DNA of 64,000 nucleotides. Origin: an uncultured Bacteroidales bacterium (GTDB lineage Bacteria; Bacteroidota; Bacteroidia; Bacteroidales; GCA-2748055). The position numbers and the translations under genes were made by a program. Below, piece by piece: positions 1-9,204 of this stretch. The notes beneath the pieces are model-generated. The model saw nothing but the letters and a program-made list of their open reading frames with translations, ran no database searches and was not told the origin of the DNA. Location of the stretch: NCBI GenBank assembly GCA_963792395.1, contig CAWBWE010000031.1:12256-76255 (forward strand). Direction: 5' to 3'. Numbering within the stretch: position 1 is the first letter of the stretch; the number at the start of each line of letters is the position of its first letter.

Positions 1-2
1 AA

Positions 3-932
3 TTGCTTTTTGGAGCTGCCAGCATCAAGATGGAGCAACTTCAGTCCTTTTATGAGATTGAGGAGAAAAACAGCCAGATATTGGAATTGGAACAGGAGAA
101 CGAACTCAATTCTCTGAGAATTCAAAAGCATCGTAGCACCCAGATATTGATGATAATAGGAATTCTATTGGCGGTTTTTATCGCCGTGGTTATTTTCCTT
201 TTCAACAGAAGAATAGAACAGAACAACCTGCAACTTAAAAAGCTAAACATTACTAAGGACAAACTCTTTTCAATTATATCGCATGATTTACGAGGTCCTG
301 TTGGTACGGCACTTGGATTAAGTGAAGTATTGCTGGAGAAAATTGAGGATAAAAATGGATCAGATCTAAAGTTGTATTCTCATTCATTGTACAATAATTT
401 ATGCGAAACGCACGATTTGATGACTAACCTTCTGCAGTGGGCACAAGCTCAATTCAAAGGAATAAAGTCGTCTCCTGAAACATTATCAATGAATCATATG
501 GCGAACATCGCCTTAAAACCGGTTGCCAATAGTGCAGAAAGAAAACATATAAAAATAACTGTCGATATAGACGATAAAATCAGCGTTTGGGCCGATCGAA
601 GCATGCTGACAGCCATACTACGCAACCTGATAAGCAATGCGATAAAATTTTCAAACGAACATGGAACTATTTTGATACATGCGATCCAAAGAAACCGGCG
701 AACAGAGGTGTGCATAGAAGATAATGGTATCGGAATGTCTTCAGAAACCCTGGACAAGCTTTTTTCCCTTCATAGCAATTCAAGTACATTTGGAACAGCC
801 GGGGAGAAGGGAACGGGTCTTGGACTGATTTTGTGTAAGGATTTTGTAGAGATGCAGAAGGGTGAAATATGGGTGGAAAGTACCCCAAATAAAGGTAGTT
901 CGTTCTTTTTCACCATTCCTTTTCGAGATTGA
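3..932 (+). CDS. Sensor histidine kinase, C-terminal portion (5' end cut by window edge)
   Basis: ORF 3..932. It has a coiled-coil-like N-terminal part and one TM segment (ILMIIGILLAVFIAVVIFLF). Motifs: H-box ISHDLRGPV, N-box LRNLISNAIKFS, G1 EDNGIGM, G2 GTGLGL, i.e. HisKA + HATPase_c. No response regulator lies nearby. Confidence 0.9.
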   Translation: MLFGAASIKMEQLQSFYEIEEKNSQILELEQENELNSLRIQKHRSTQILMIIGILLAVFIAVVIFLFNRRIEQNNLQLKKLNITKDKLFSIISHDLRGPVGTALGLSEVLLEKIEDKNGSDLKLYSHSLYNNLCETHDLMTNLLQWAQAQFKGIKSSPETLSMNHMANIALKPVANSAERKHIKITVDIDDKISVWADRSMLTAILRNLISNAIKFSNEHGTILIHAIQRNRRTEVCIEDNGIGMSSETLDKLFSLHSNSSTFGTAGEKGTGLGLILCKDFVEMQKGEIWVESTPNKGSSFFFTIPFRD

Positions 933-1019
933 TTTAAAAAATAATGCCTTCATATTGATTTGCTTAAATGAGTAGTTGCTTCGTTTTATATTGGGAATGA
1001 TTCCCGCACATTCAAAGAC

Positions 1020-1430
1020 ATGGTCACGCAGAAAACAATAACCTTAGCTCCCCTGCCCAGGGGATTTCACCTGATTACAAGGAAGGTGGAAGAAGCTGCA
1101 GGGGAACTGCCGGAAACGGGAATTTTACATGTTCTGATCCAGCACACCTCAGCGGGTCTTACGCTGAATGAAAATGCGGATCCCTCCGTGCGACACGATT
1201 TCGAATCCTTTATGAACCATCTGGTACCGGAGAACCATCCACTCTATTCCCATACTTACGAGGGAGCTGATGATATGCCGGCCCATTTAAAAGCCTCCCT
1301 GATTGGCAGTTCAGTAAGTATCCCCATTACCCACGGAAAACTCAACCTGGGTACCTGGCAGGGGATCTACCTTTGTGAATTCAGGAACCATGGGGGATCG
1401 CGTCGACTGGTGATTTCAATAAGCTCCTGA
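1020..1430 (+). CDS. YjbQ/UPF0047 family protein (secondary thiamine-phosphate synthase-like)
   Basis: 136-aa ORF with full-length resemblance to the YjbQ family (HTSAGLTLNENADPSVRHD, MPAHLKASL, GTWQGIYLCEFR). Confidence 0.85.
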   Translation: MVTQKTITLAPLPRGFHLITRKVEEAAGELPETGILHVLIQHTSAGLTLNENADPSVRHDFESFMNHLVPENHPLYSHTYEGADDMPAHLKASLIGSSVSIPITHGKLNLGTWQGIYLCEFRNHGGSRRLVISISS

Positions 1431-1523
1431 ATCCGACATGGATCTGTTATTCGACCATGTTATAGAATAGCTTCATTCCGTACATATTTTGTATAATTTT
1501 GAGCAACATAAAAGCTGTTGCTC

Positions 1524-3137
1524 ATGAATCGACTGGTATTACTTGGAGATGAAGCTATAGGCCAGGGAGCTCTGGATGCGGGCCTTTCGGGGGTGTATGC
1601 GTACCCGGGTACTCCCTCCACCGAGATCACCGAATTCATACAGAGATCCAGGGAGGCGCGAGAGAGACAGGTGCATGCCCAGTGGTCCGCCAATGAAAAG
1701 ACGGCCATGGAGGCCGGATTGGGCATGTCCTATGCCGGAAAGAGGGCCATGGTATGCATGAAGCATGTGGGACTCAATGTGGCGGCCGATGCCTTTATCA
1801 ACGCCGGAATGACAGGTGTCAACGGAGGATTGTTAGTCGTGGTGGCGGATGATCCCTCCATGCACTCCTCCCAGAACGAACAGGATTCCAGGTTTTACGG
1901 GAAGTTTGCCATGATCCCAATTCTGGAGCCTGCCACCCAGCAGGAAGCTTACCAGATGACCCGCTATGGGTTTGAACTCTCTGAGAAATTCGGACTGCCG
2001 GTTTTGTTGCGGATCACCACACGCCTGGCACATTCCCGTTCGGTGGTGCAACGCTCGGAAATCAGGAAGGAGAATGGCTTGAGACTGCCAACAGATTTAA
2101 AGCAGTTCATCCTGCTTCCGGCCCTGGCCAGGCGCAGGTATAAACTGCTGCTTTCCCTGCAGGAAAAGTTGGAGTTGGATAGTGGTGAATCCGGATTAAA
2201 TCGTTTGGAGCAAGGGGAGGATTCCAGCCTGGGGATTATCGCCTGTGGACTCTCCTATAATTATTATCAGGAGGTGGCCACAGAGGAAGGATTAAAGCAT
2301 CCTCTGCTTAAAATCTCTCAGTACCCGGTGCCTGCAGAGCTTCTGAATGAATTTGTGAAGCAGGTGGACAGGGTGCTGGTTCTGGAAGAGGGGGCTCCTT
2401 TGCTGGAAGAATCGCTTACAGGCATACTTGATAACAACTACCGGATCGGCGGGCGTCTGAACGGTCTGCTCCCTCGGGACGGGGAACTGGATCCCCTGTT
2501 GGTTAAGAAAGCTCTGGACATCCCCACGGCTGCGGTACGTGAGGTCCCTGAAATTGTTAAGAACAGACCACCGGCCCTCTGTAAGGGCTGTGGGCATATC
2601 GACATGTATCAGGCATTGAACGAAGCCCTGGAGCCTTATAGTCCGGGCCGTGTCTTTTCTGATATCGGATGTTATACCCTGGGAGCACTTCCACCGTACA
2701 ATGCCATCAATAGCTGTGTGGATATGGGGGCATCCGTGACCATGGCCAAAGGGGCTTCTGACGCCGGACTGCGTCCTGCAGTGGCCGTCATTGGGGACTC
2801 CACTTTTACGCATTCGGGGATGACGGGATTACTGGATGCAGTGGTGGAACAGACCCCCTTGACTTTAATTATTTCGGATAACTCCACCACCGGGATGACC
2901 GGGGGCCAGAAATCGCACGCCACCAACCGCCTCCTTGAAATATGTCGTGGAATCGGGGTGGAGGAGGAGCATATCAGGGTGATGGATCCTTTAAAAAAGC
3001 ATCACGAAAAGAACCGGGAAATGATTGCTGAGGAGCTGGCATATGAGGGAGTTTCTGTGATTGTTGCCCAGCGGGAGTGTATTCAGACTGCCAGCCGGAG
3101 ACTGAGAAAGGAAAAAAGTAAAAAAGTAGCATCATGA
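1524..3137 (+). CDS. iorA: Indolepyruvate:ferredoxin oxidoreductase, alpha subunit
   Basis: Long ORF; ATG at 1524 is preferred over TTG at 1518. Thiamine-diphosphate enzyme layout with a CKGCGH cysteine motif and a GDSTFTHSGM TPP loop. The stop overlaps the start of the beta-subunit gene (ATGA). Confidence 0.9.
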   Translation: MNRLVLLGDEAIGQGALDAGLSGVYAYPGTPSTEITEFIQRSREARERQVHAQWSANEKTAMEAGLGMSYAGKRAMVCMKHVGLNVAADAFINAGMTGVNGGLLVVVADDPSMHSSQNEQDSRFYGKFAMIPILEPATQQEAYQMTRYGFELSEKFGLPVLLRITTRLAHSRSVVQRSEIRKENGLRLPTDLKQFILLPALARRRYKLLLSLQEKLELDSGESGLNRLEQGEDSSLGIIACGLSYNYYQEVATEEGLKHPLLKISQYPVPAELLNEFVKQVDRVLVLEEGAPLLEESLTGILDNNYRIGGRLNGLLPRDGELDPLLVKKALDIPTAAVREVPEIVKNRPPALCKGCGHIDMYQALNEALEPYSPGRVFSDIGCYTLGALPPYNAINSCVDMGASVTMAKGASDAGLRPAVAVIGDSTFTHSGMTGLLDAVVEQTPLTLIISDNSTTGMTGGQKSHATNRLLEICRGIGVEEEHIRVMDPLKKHHEKNREMIAEELAYEGVSVIVAQRECIQTASRRLRKEKSKKVAS

Positions 3138-3709
3138 AAAGAGATATCATTCTGGCAGGAGTCGGGGGACAGGGGATCCTCTCCATTGCGGCAGTCATTG
3201 GTATGGCAGCTGTTGAATCGGGGCTCTACCTGAAGCAGGCTGAGGTACATGGAATGAGCCAGCGGGGAGGTGCGGTGCAGTCGCACCTGCGGATTTCGGA
3301 TAAACCCATTTCATCTGACCTTATTCCGGTGGGCAGCTGTGACATGATCCTCTCGGTGGAACCCATGGAGGCCCTGCGCTATCTTCCATTTCTGGCTCCG
3401 GAGGGCTGGGTGGTGACCAGTAGCAGGCCCTTTGAGAATATTAAGGATTATCCAACGGAAGCGTCCCTCTTTGAGGAGATACGCAAAGTGCAGAACCATG
3501 TGATCATCGATGCCTATTCCATTGCAAAAGAGATCGGCTCCCAGAAGGTTTCCAACATGGTGATGCTGGGCGCAGCTTCGGACTACCTGGGAATCTCCCA
3601 GGAAAGCCTGGAAGCAGCTTTGAACGCGCTTTTCGGGCGAAAGGGGGAGCTTGTGGTAAAACTCAATATGGACGCTTTGAAGGCCGGAAAACAAGGGGTC
3701 AGGATCTAA
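3134..3709 (+). CDS. iorB: Indolepyruvate:ferredoxin oxidoreductase, beta subunit
   Basis: 191-aa ORF translationally coupled to iorA. N-terminus ILAGVGGQGILS, then GMSQRGGAV, typical of the 2-oxoacid:ferredoxin oxidoreductase gamma-type domain. Confidence 0.9.
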   Translation: MKRDIILAGVGGQGILSIAAVIGMAAVESGLYLKQAEVHGMSQRGGAVQSHLRISDKPISSDLIPVGSCDMILSVEPMEALRYLPFLAPEGWVVTSSRPFENIKDYPTEASLFEEIRKVQNHVIIDAYSIAKEIGSQKVSNMVMLGAASDYLGISQESLEAALNALFGRKGELVVKLNMDALKAGKQGVRI

Positions 3710-3752
3710 AACAATTACTCTCGCCCGGTGTTATAGAATAAATCCGCTTTTT

Positions 3753-5264
3753 ATGTTTACACAGAAAGACCTTCAGCAGATCCGTGCCAAAGGGATCAGA
3801 CTTGATGATATCAATCAGCAAATAAAACATTTCCAGCTTGGGTTTCCACCCGCAGATATCACTATGCCGGCCACGCCCGGCAAGGGTATCATGTTGCTCA
3901 CCGAAGGAGACCAGGAGCATTATAAGAATATCTTCCTGGACAATGGCCCGGACAACCGGATCATCCGCTTTGTTCCTGCATCCGGGGCGGCCTCCCGGAT
4001 GTTCAAGGCCCTCTATAGTGCTTTAGAGGAGTTAGAAGGTAAAGACAGGCAGACCCAGCAGGAATGGATCTCAAAGAATAAGGAGATTGAACGTTTTTTT
4101 AAAAAACTGGAGAGTTACCCTTTTTATGAGGATTTGCCCCGGGAGGAGGAGCCTGCAGGTCTACTTCAGCATTTACTGGGCAGGGAAGGACTCGATTACG
4201 GCAATAAGCCCAAGGGCTTACTGAAATTTCATAAATACAGTGAAAATGACCGGAGGACTGCCTTTGAGGAGCATGTGAGAGAGGCCGTAAAATATTGCGG
4301 AAGCAGGGATGGAATGGTGCGAATGCACCTGACTGTTTCCTCCGATCACCTGGATGGTTTCCAGACCGAGGCGGCACGGGTTTTACCGAAAATCGAAGGA
4401 GAGACCGGAATGAGCTTTGATCTCACCTTCTCCTTTCAGAAGCCGGAAACAGATACCATTGCAGTGGGTCAGGACAATATACCTTTCCGAAAATCTGATG
4501 GTACGCTGCTTTTCCGGCCGGGCGGGCACGGGGCACTGATCCGTAACCTGGATGCACTGGATGGAGATCTGGTATTTGTAAGCAACATCGACAATGTGGC
4601 ACCCGACAGACTGAAAAATCTGAGAGTGAAGCAGAAACAGGTGCTGGGTGGTATTTTACTGGAAATCCGGTCGAAAATCTTTTACTACCTGCAGCAACTG
4701 GATGGAGAAGAGAAGCCCGAAAAAACCCGTCTGGACAGCATGGTTAGCTATCTCCACCAGCGTCTGGGTATCGCCATCCCGGAAATGCTGGAAAGCTGGG
4801 ATGTGAGTGATTTAAAAAAGTGGCTGACAGGAACTATGAACAGACCTATCAGAGTTTGTGGCATGGTAAGGAACGAAGGGGAGCCGGGCGGAGGGCCTTT
4901 TTATGTGCGTTCCGAGTCAGGTGAAGTAAGCCTGCAAATAGTGGAATCCTCACAGGTTGATATGAAGGATCCGGCGAAGGCAGCTCTGGTTCAGGCATCC
5001 ACCCATTTTAATCCGGTGGACCTGGTCTGCAGCCTGCGCGATTACCGGGGAGAGAAATTTAACCTGGGTCGATTCGTGGATCCTAGAACGGGTTTTATTT
5101 CGGAGAAATCGGAGGGAGGAAAAACCCTGAAGGCCCTGGAACTTCCCGGGCTCTGGAACGGATCCATGGCTGGATGGCTCACTCTTTTTGTGGATGTTCC
5201 CGTGGAAACATTTTCCCCGGTGAAAACAGTTTTTGACCTGGTCCGTAAGGAGCACAGGGTCTGA
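3753..5264 (+). CDS. DUF4301-like protein (possible nucleotidyltransferase-like fold)
   Basis: Intact 503-aa ORF. Motifs FVPASGAASRMFK, RPGGHGAL and CGMVRNEGEPGGGPF match my recollection of the Bacteroidetes DUF4301 family. The family call is from memory only. Confidence 0.6.
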   Translation: MFTQKDLQQIRAKGIRLDDINQQIKHFQLGFPPADITMPATPGKGIMLLTEGDQEHYKNIFLDNGPDNRIIRFVPASGAASRMFKALYSALEELEGKDRQTQQEWISKNKEIERFFKKLESYPFYEDLPREEEPAGLLQHLLGREGLDYGNKPKGLLKFHKYSENDRRTAFEEHVREAVKYCGSRDGMVRMHLTVSSDHLDGFQTEAARVLPKIEGETGMSFDLTFSFQKPETDTIAVGQDNIPFRKSDGTLLFRPGGHGALIRNLDALDGDLVFVSNIDNVAPDRLKNLRVKQKQVLGGILLEIRSKIFYYLQQLDGEEKPEKTRLDSMVSYLHQRLGIAIPEMLESWDVSDLKKWLTGTMNRPIRVCGMVRNEGEPGGGPFYVRSESGEVSLQIVESSQVDMKDPAKAALVQASTHFNPVDLVCSLRDYRGEKFNLGRFVDPRTGFISEKSEGGKTLKALELPGLWNGSMAGWLTLFVDVPVETFSPVKTVFDLVRKEHRV

Positions 5265-5281
5265 CTGTTCCATCATGAATA

Positions 5282-5305
5282 AAGCCTGATCCAACTATCA
5301 GGCTT
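5282..5305. terminator. Bidirectional hairpin between convergent genes
   Basis: Perfect 9-bp stem AAGCCTGAT / ATCAGGCTT with the 6-nt loop CCAACT. It lies between the stops of the DUF4301 gene (+) and the PiT gene (-). Confidence 0.5.
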
Positions 5306-5315
5306 CTGATTCTGC

Positions 5316-7571
5316 TTATTCCTGCTCAACAATAACTCCGTTTTTTCCCATGGATTCGTGCAGGTGTGAATGAGCTTTTACCATGTGGACGGTATTGAGG
5401 AAGAGGTTTTTGCTCTCAGAAAGCATCTCCATAAATGTGATACTCACTTTAACCCCTTTCTGTGTTTTCTTAAGGATCTTGATCCGCTGCAGCAGAAGGG
5501 TATTTGCTGTATCGATCAGCATGTCGCGCTGTTTTACCAGTTCAGGGATTTTTTCAAATTGTTTGTCTTTCAGAATCTGAATTAAAAAGCTGAAGAATGC
5601 GTCAGACTTAAGAGTGAAGGCCTGGAATGCTTCAAGTTGCTCCTTATCAATCGCATGATTATTATCCAGGTGATTAAAGGCTGGCAGGATAATATGCATC
5701 ATGGAGTTGCTCATTTCCTTCATATGGTCTACTACCTGAACGTAGTGGTGGCCGCTTATCAGCTCGGTCTCTTCAAAAAGCCTCAGCTTTTCCGGAATGT
5801 TCTCTCTGATTTTGGTAATATCTTTTCCCAGCCGCTTGGCCTGTTTTTTTATTTGTTTCAGGTCCTTGTGTTGTTCCTTCAGCAGGGCCGAATAGGTCTG
5901 ATTAAATATCCTGGAAATCTTGAGAACAGATTCTTTCACTTCATCGTCACAGGTTTTCAGAACGGCGTAAGATGCTGAGGTTAATTCGCTTGCAAAAGAT
6001 TCTTTCTTTTTGGACCTTCTTTTATGAAAGGCATGTGTCCTTAAAAGGATGAAGATGGCCAGAATGATCAGAATCAGGATGACCGGAAGCTTCCCGAAGA
6101 AAATAAGGGAAGCGATCAGGAAGGAGGCCAGAAAGGCGCTAAAGGCGGTAAAGAACCAGCCACCAATCACGGTTAGCACACCGGTGATACGGTACACTGC
6201 ACTCTCCCTGCCCCAGGCACCATCGGCCAGGGAGGTTCCCATGGCCACCATAAAGGTGACATAGGTCGTTGAGAGCGGCAGCCTCAGGGAAGTCCCGATG
6301 GCAATCAGGATACTGGCTACTACCAGGTTCACCGAAGCCCGGACCAGATCAAAGGCCAACTTCTTCTCTTTTTGATCCTGGGTCTTTTCGGCATCAAACC
6401 TTTTCTGTACAAAACTCACCACTTTCGGAGGAGTGATCCTGGCAATTCCATTGCTGGTCTCCATCGCACGTCTCACCAGAAACCTGGCAAGGGAAGAGGA
6501 TGCAAAACGCTCCGAACCTTCTCCCTGGCGGCTCAGATCAATGGTGGTTTCGGTCACCGACCTGGCCTTCTTTGAGAAGCGGAGGGTTAGTACCATGATC
6601 AAGCCGGCTGCAATGAGAAAATAGATGGGGGTATTTACCTTTTCCTGCAGGGCGGTCATCAGGAAACCTGAAGGATCTCCACTCCCGGAGGCCATAAAGG
6701 CTTTAAAGGACTCGTATCCTGCCAGCGGAACCCCGATAAAGTTCACCAGATCGTTCCCGGCAAAGGCCATCGCCAGTGCGAACGTACCCACCAGGACGGT
6801 GATTTTCATGACATTTACGCGGGTAAACATGGTTAATAGCTGGAACAGAAGGGTCCAGGCAACAAAACTGATCAGCAACACCCGGGTGGTGTGTTCCTGG
6901 ATGCTTGCCAGCATTTCCTCCGAGACCAGGGTGGATCCCTTGGCCCCTTTGATCAGGAGGAAAAATAAAATGGCCGTTATGGCAAATCCACCCCATACAC
7001 CGGTCCAGTATTTAAAGGTTTTCTTCACATTGAATGAAAAAGCAAGCCTTACAATCCATTGAATAATCATCCCCACCGTAAATGCTATCACCACCGAGAG
7101 GAAAATCCCCACAATAATCATCACGGAGCTTTCGATGTTGATGTAGTCGCCTACTTTATGAAGTCCGTCTACAGCTCTGCTTACCTTATAGATGGACACA
7201 GCCACAGCTGCCCCCAGTATTTCAAAAACAATGGATACGGTGGTGGAGGTGGGCAGCCCTATGGTATTGAAAAAATCCAGTAGCAGGATATCGGTAAGCA
7301 TCACTGCCAGGAAAATTATCATGATTTCATTGAAGGCGAAAAACTGAGGGTTGAAGATCCCCTTCCGGGCCACCTCCATCATTCCATTGGAGAAGACGGC
7401 TCCAACAAGGACACCGGCGGCAGCAATGGCGAGAATAATCTTAAAAGGAGCAGCTTTGGATCCAATAGCTGAATTAAGAAAGTTAACGGCATCGTTGCTG
7501 ACCCCCACGATCAGATCAGAGATTGCCAGAAGAAAAAGAACAGCAACGATTAGAATGTAATATGCCTCCAT
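5316..7571 (-). CDS. Inorganic phosphate transporter (PiT/PHO4 family) with C-terminal PhoU-like helical region
   Basis: Intact 751-aa ORF with many TM helices. The N-terminal GVSNDAVNFLNSAIGS and internal GNDLVNFIGVP repeats are PiT signatures. The soluble, helical C-terminal ~200 aa resembles PhoU-type repeats. Confidence 0.85.
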   Translation of the reverse strand: MEAYYILIVAVLFLLAISDLIVGVSNDAVNFLNSAIGSKAAPFKIILAIAAAGVLVGAVFSNGMMEVARKGIFNPQFFAFNEIMIIFLAVMLTDILLLDFFNTIGLPTSTTVSIVFEILGAAVAVSIYKVSRAVDGLHKVGDYINIESSVMIIVGIFLSVVIAFTVGMIIQWIVRLAFSFNVKKTFKYWTGVWGGFAITAILFFLLIKGAKGSTLVSEEMLASIQEHTTRVLLISFVAWTLLFQLLTMFTRVNVMKITVLVGTFALAMAFAGNDLVNFIGVPLAGYESFKAFMASGSGDPSGFLMTALQEKVNTPIYFLIAAGLIMVLTLRFSKKARSVTETTIDLSRQGEGSERFASSSLARFLVRRAMETSNGIARITPPKVVSFVQKRFDAEKTQDQKEKKLAFDLVRASVNLVVASILIAIGTSLRLPLSTTYVTFMVAMGTSLADGAWGRESAVYRITGVLTVIGGWFFTAFSAFLASFLIASLIFFGKLPVILILIILAIFILLRTHAFHKRRSKKKESFASELTSASYAVLKTCDDEVKESVLKISRIFNQTYSALLKEQHKDLKQIKKQAKRLGKDITKIRENIPEKLRLFEETELISGHHYVQVVDHMKEMSNSMMHIILPAFNHLDNNHAIDKEQLEAFQAFTLKSDAFFSFLIQILKDKQFEKIPELVKQRDMLIDTANTLLLQRIKILKKTQKGVKVSITFMEMLSESKNLFLNTVHMVKAHSHLHESMGKNGVIVEQE

Positions 7572-7717
7572 GAAAAGTGATTGTTAAACTTTGGGACAAT
7601 TAAAGAGTTAAATTGAAAAAGGTATATGAAATTAATGTTCAGTTCGGGTTAGTTTCTTTAGCAATGTAAAAGTATAAAAAATGCATTAATTTTATTCTTT
7701 TACGGAAAGATGCAGAG

Positions 7718-8500
7718 ATGAAGGAACAATTAAAGGTGAGTCTGGTGCAGGCAGACCTGGTCTGGGAAGATATTGAAGCCAATCTGGATCTGCTGGAAGG
7801 GATGCTGGTAACCCTGGAAAGAGATAAGGACCTGGTGGTATTGCCCGAGACTTTCTCCACAGGGTTTACCATGCATGCGGAGCAATTGGCCGAAGGGGAG
7901 GAGGGTAAGGCGATCCGGTGGCTGCAAAGAATGGCCAGAGAGAAAAACTGTTATTTTTCCGGCAGTATTATTTTCAGGGAAGTTGATGGCCAGATCTTTA
8001 ACCGTCTTTTATGGGTGTCACCGGAAGGGGTCGAAGATTACTATGACAAGCGACATCTCTTCCGCCCGGGCGGGGAAAAGGAGAACTTCAGTCAGGGAAG
8101 AGAGCGCAAAATATTCAGGCTGGGATCCTTCCGGATCCTGCCCCAGATCTGCTACGATCTGCGCTTCCCTGTATTCAGCAGGAACCGGGGGGATTATGAT
8201 TTGATGATCTATGTGGCCAACTGGCCTGCTACCCGTCAACCGGTCTGGGAGATCCTCACCAGGGCCCGGGCCATGGAGAACCAGAGTTACCTTCTGGGCG
8301 CCAACCGGGTGGGCACCGATGGTACGGGAATTCCTTCTAATGGAGGCAGCTGTGCCCTTAATCCCATTGGAGGAGAGATCCTCCGAATGGATGATCAGCC
8401 CGGAATCGGGCACTCAGTTCTGGACCTGGATAAGCTGAGAAATTACAGAGAAAAGTTTCCGGCCTGGAAAGATGCGGATGAGTTTGAACCCGGCTGGTAA
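7718..8500 (+). CDS. Carbon-nitrogen hydrolase (nitrilase superfamily, YafV/omega-amidase-like)
   Basis: 260-aa ORF. The catalytic triad context is Glu in VLPETF, Lys in DKRHLF and Cys in QICYDLRFP. Confidence 0.85.
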   Translation: MKEQLKVSLVQADLVWEDIEANLDLLEGMLVTLERDKDLVVLPETFSTGFTMHAEQLAEGEEGKAIRWLQRMAREKNCYFSGSIIFREVDGQIFNRLLWVSPEGVEDYYDKRHLFRPGGEKENFSQGRERKIFRLGSFRILPQICYDLRFPVFSRNRGDYDLMIYVANWPATRQPVWEILTRARAMENQSYLLGANRVGTDGTGIPSNGGSCALNPIGGEILRMDDQPGIGHSVLDLDKLRNYREKFPAWKDADEFEPGW

Positions 8501-8521
8501 TCCGCCAGGAGCCTGAGTGAT

Positions 8522-9121
8522 CTAACAGCCGCAACCGCAGCCGCCCTGACCCTCATCATTGCAGGAACCCTTGTCACCGCAATTTTCATCCTCGCAGGAA
8601 CCCTGGCCATTGCCTCCGCAGCCACAACCGCCTTCCGCATGAATGTGACCGTGAGATAGCTCCTCTTCGGTAGCACTGCGCACATCGGTCACTTTTCCTT
8701 TAAAAAAGAGATCGTTACCGGCCATGGGATGATTGAAATCCATCTTGACAGCATCGCCCTCGATGGCCATTACCTTTCCGTTCAGGCGTCTTCCTTCTGC
8801 ATCCATCATTGGAACCATGGATCCAATCTTCATCAGGGTTTCATCGATTTTACCATCCACTTCGAATACCGACTGAGGAACGTGCACAATGGCATTCTCC
8901 ACCACGGGTCCGTAAGCATCTTCACTGTGCAGCAGGAACTCAAAACTATCGCCGCTTTTCAGGCCATTCAGGTTCTCCTCAAATTTGGGAAGCAGTCCGC
9001 CTGTTCCAAACAGGAAGGTAAGGGGATTTTCACTGCTCAGTGATTCAACCACTTCACCCTCTTTCGAATCTGCACGAAGTTCATATACGATGGAAACTAC
9101 AGTATTCTTTTCAGCAATCAT
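8522..9121 (-). CDS. slyD: FKBP-type peptidyl-prolyl isomerase SlyD with Cys/Gly/His-rich C-terminal tail
   Basis: Start taken at ATG 9121 (MIAEKNTVVSIVYELR). FKBP plus insert-in-flap layout (FLFGTGGLLPKFE, NHPMAGNDLFFKGKV). The tail reads HGHIHAEGGCGCGGNGQGSCEDENCGDKGSCNDEGQGGCGCGC. Confidence 0.85.
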   Translation of the reverse strand: MIAEKNTVVSIVYELRADSKEGEVVESLSSENPLTFLFGTGGLLPKFEENLNGLKSGDSFEFLLHSEDAYGPVVENAIVHVPQSVFEVDGKIDETLMKIGSMVPMMDAEGRRLNGKVMAIEGDAVKMDFNHPMAGNDLFFKGKVTDVRSATEEELSHGHIHAEGGCGCGGNGQGSCEDENCGDKGSCNDEGQGGCGCGC

Positions 9122-9204
9122 GATCTCATTTTTTTGAAGTTGCAAAGAAAGCAATAATTTCTCTTTATCTAAAAAGAAAAACCGGCTCTTAAAGTATTTT
9201 GCAA

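Noticed and set aside
2292-2813. 173-aa minus-strand ORF
   Set aside because: It is antisense within iorA. Its Gly/Arg/His-rich composition is typical of a shadow ORF.
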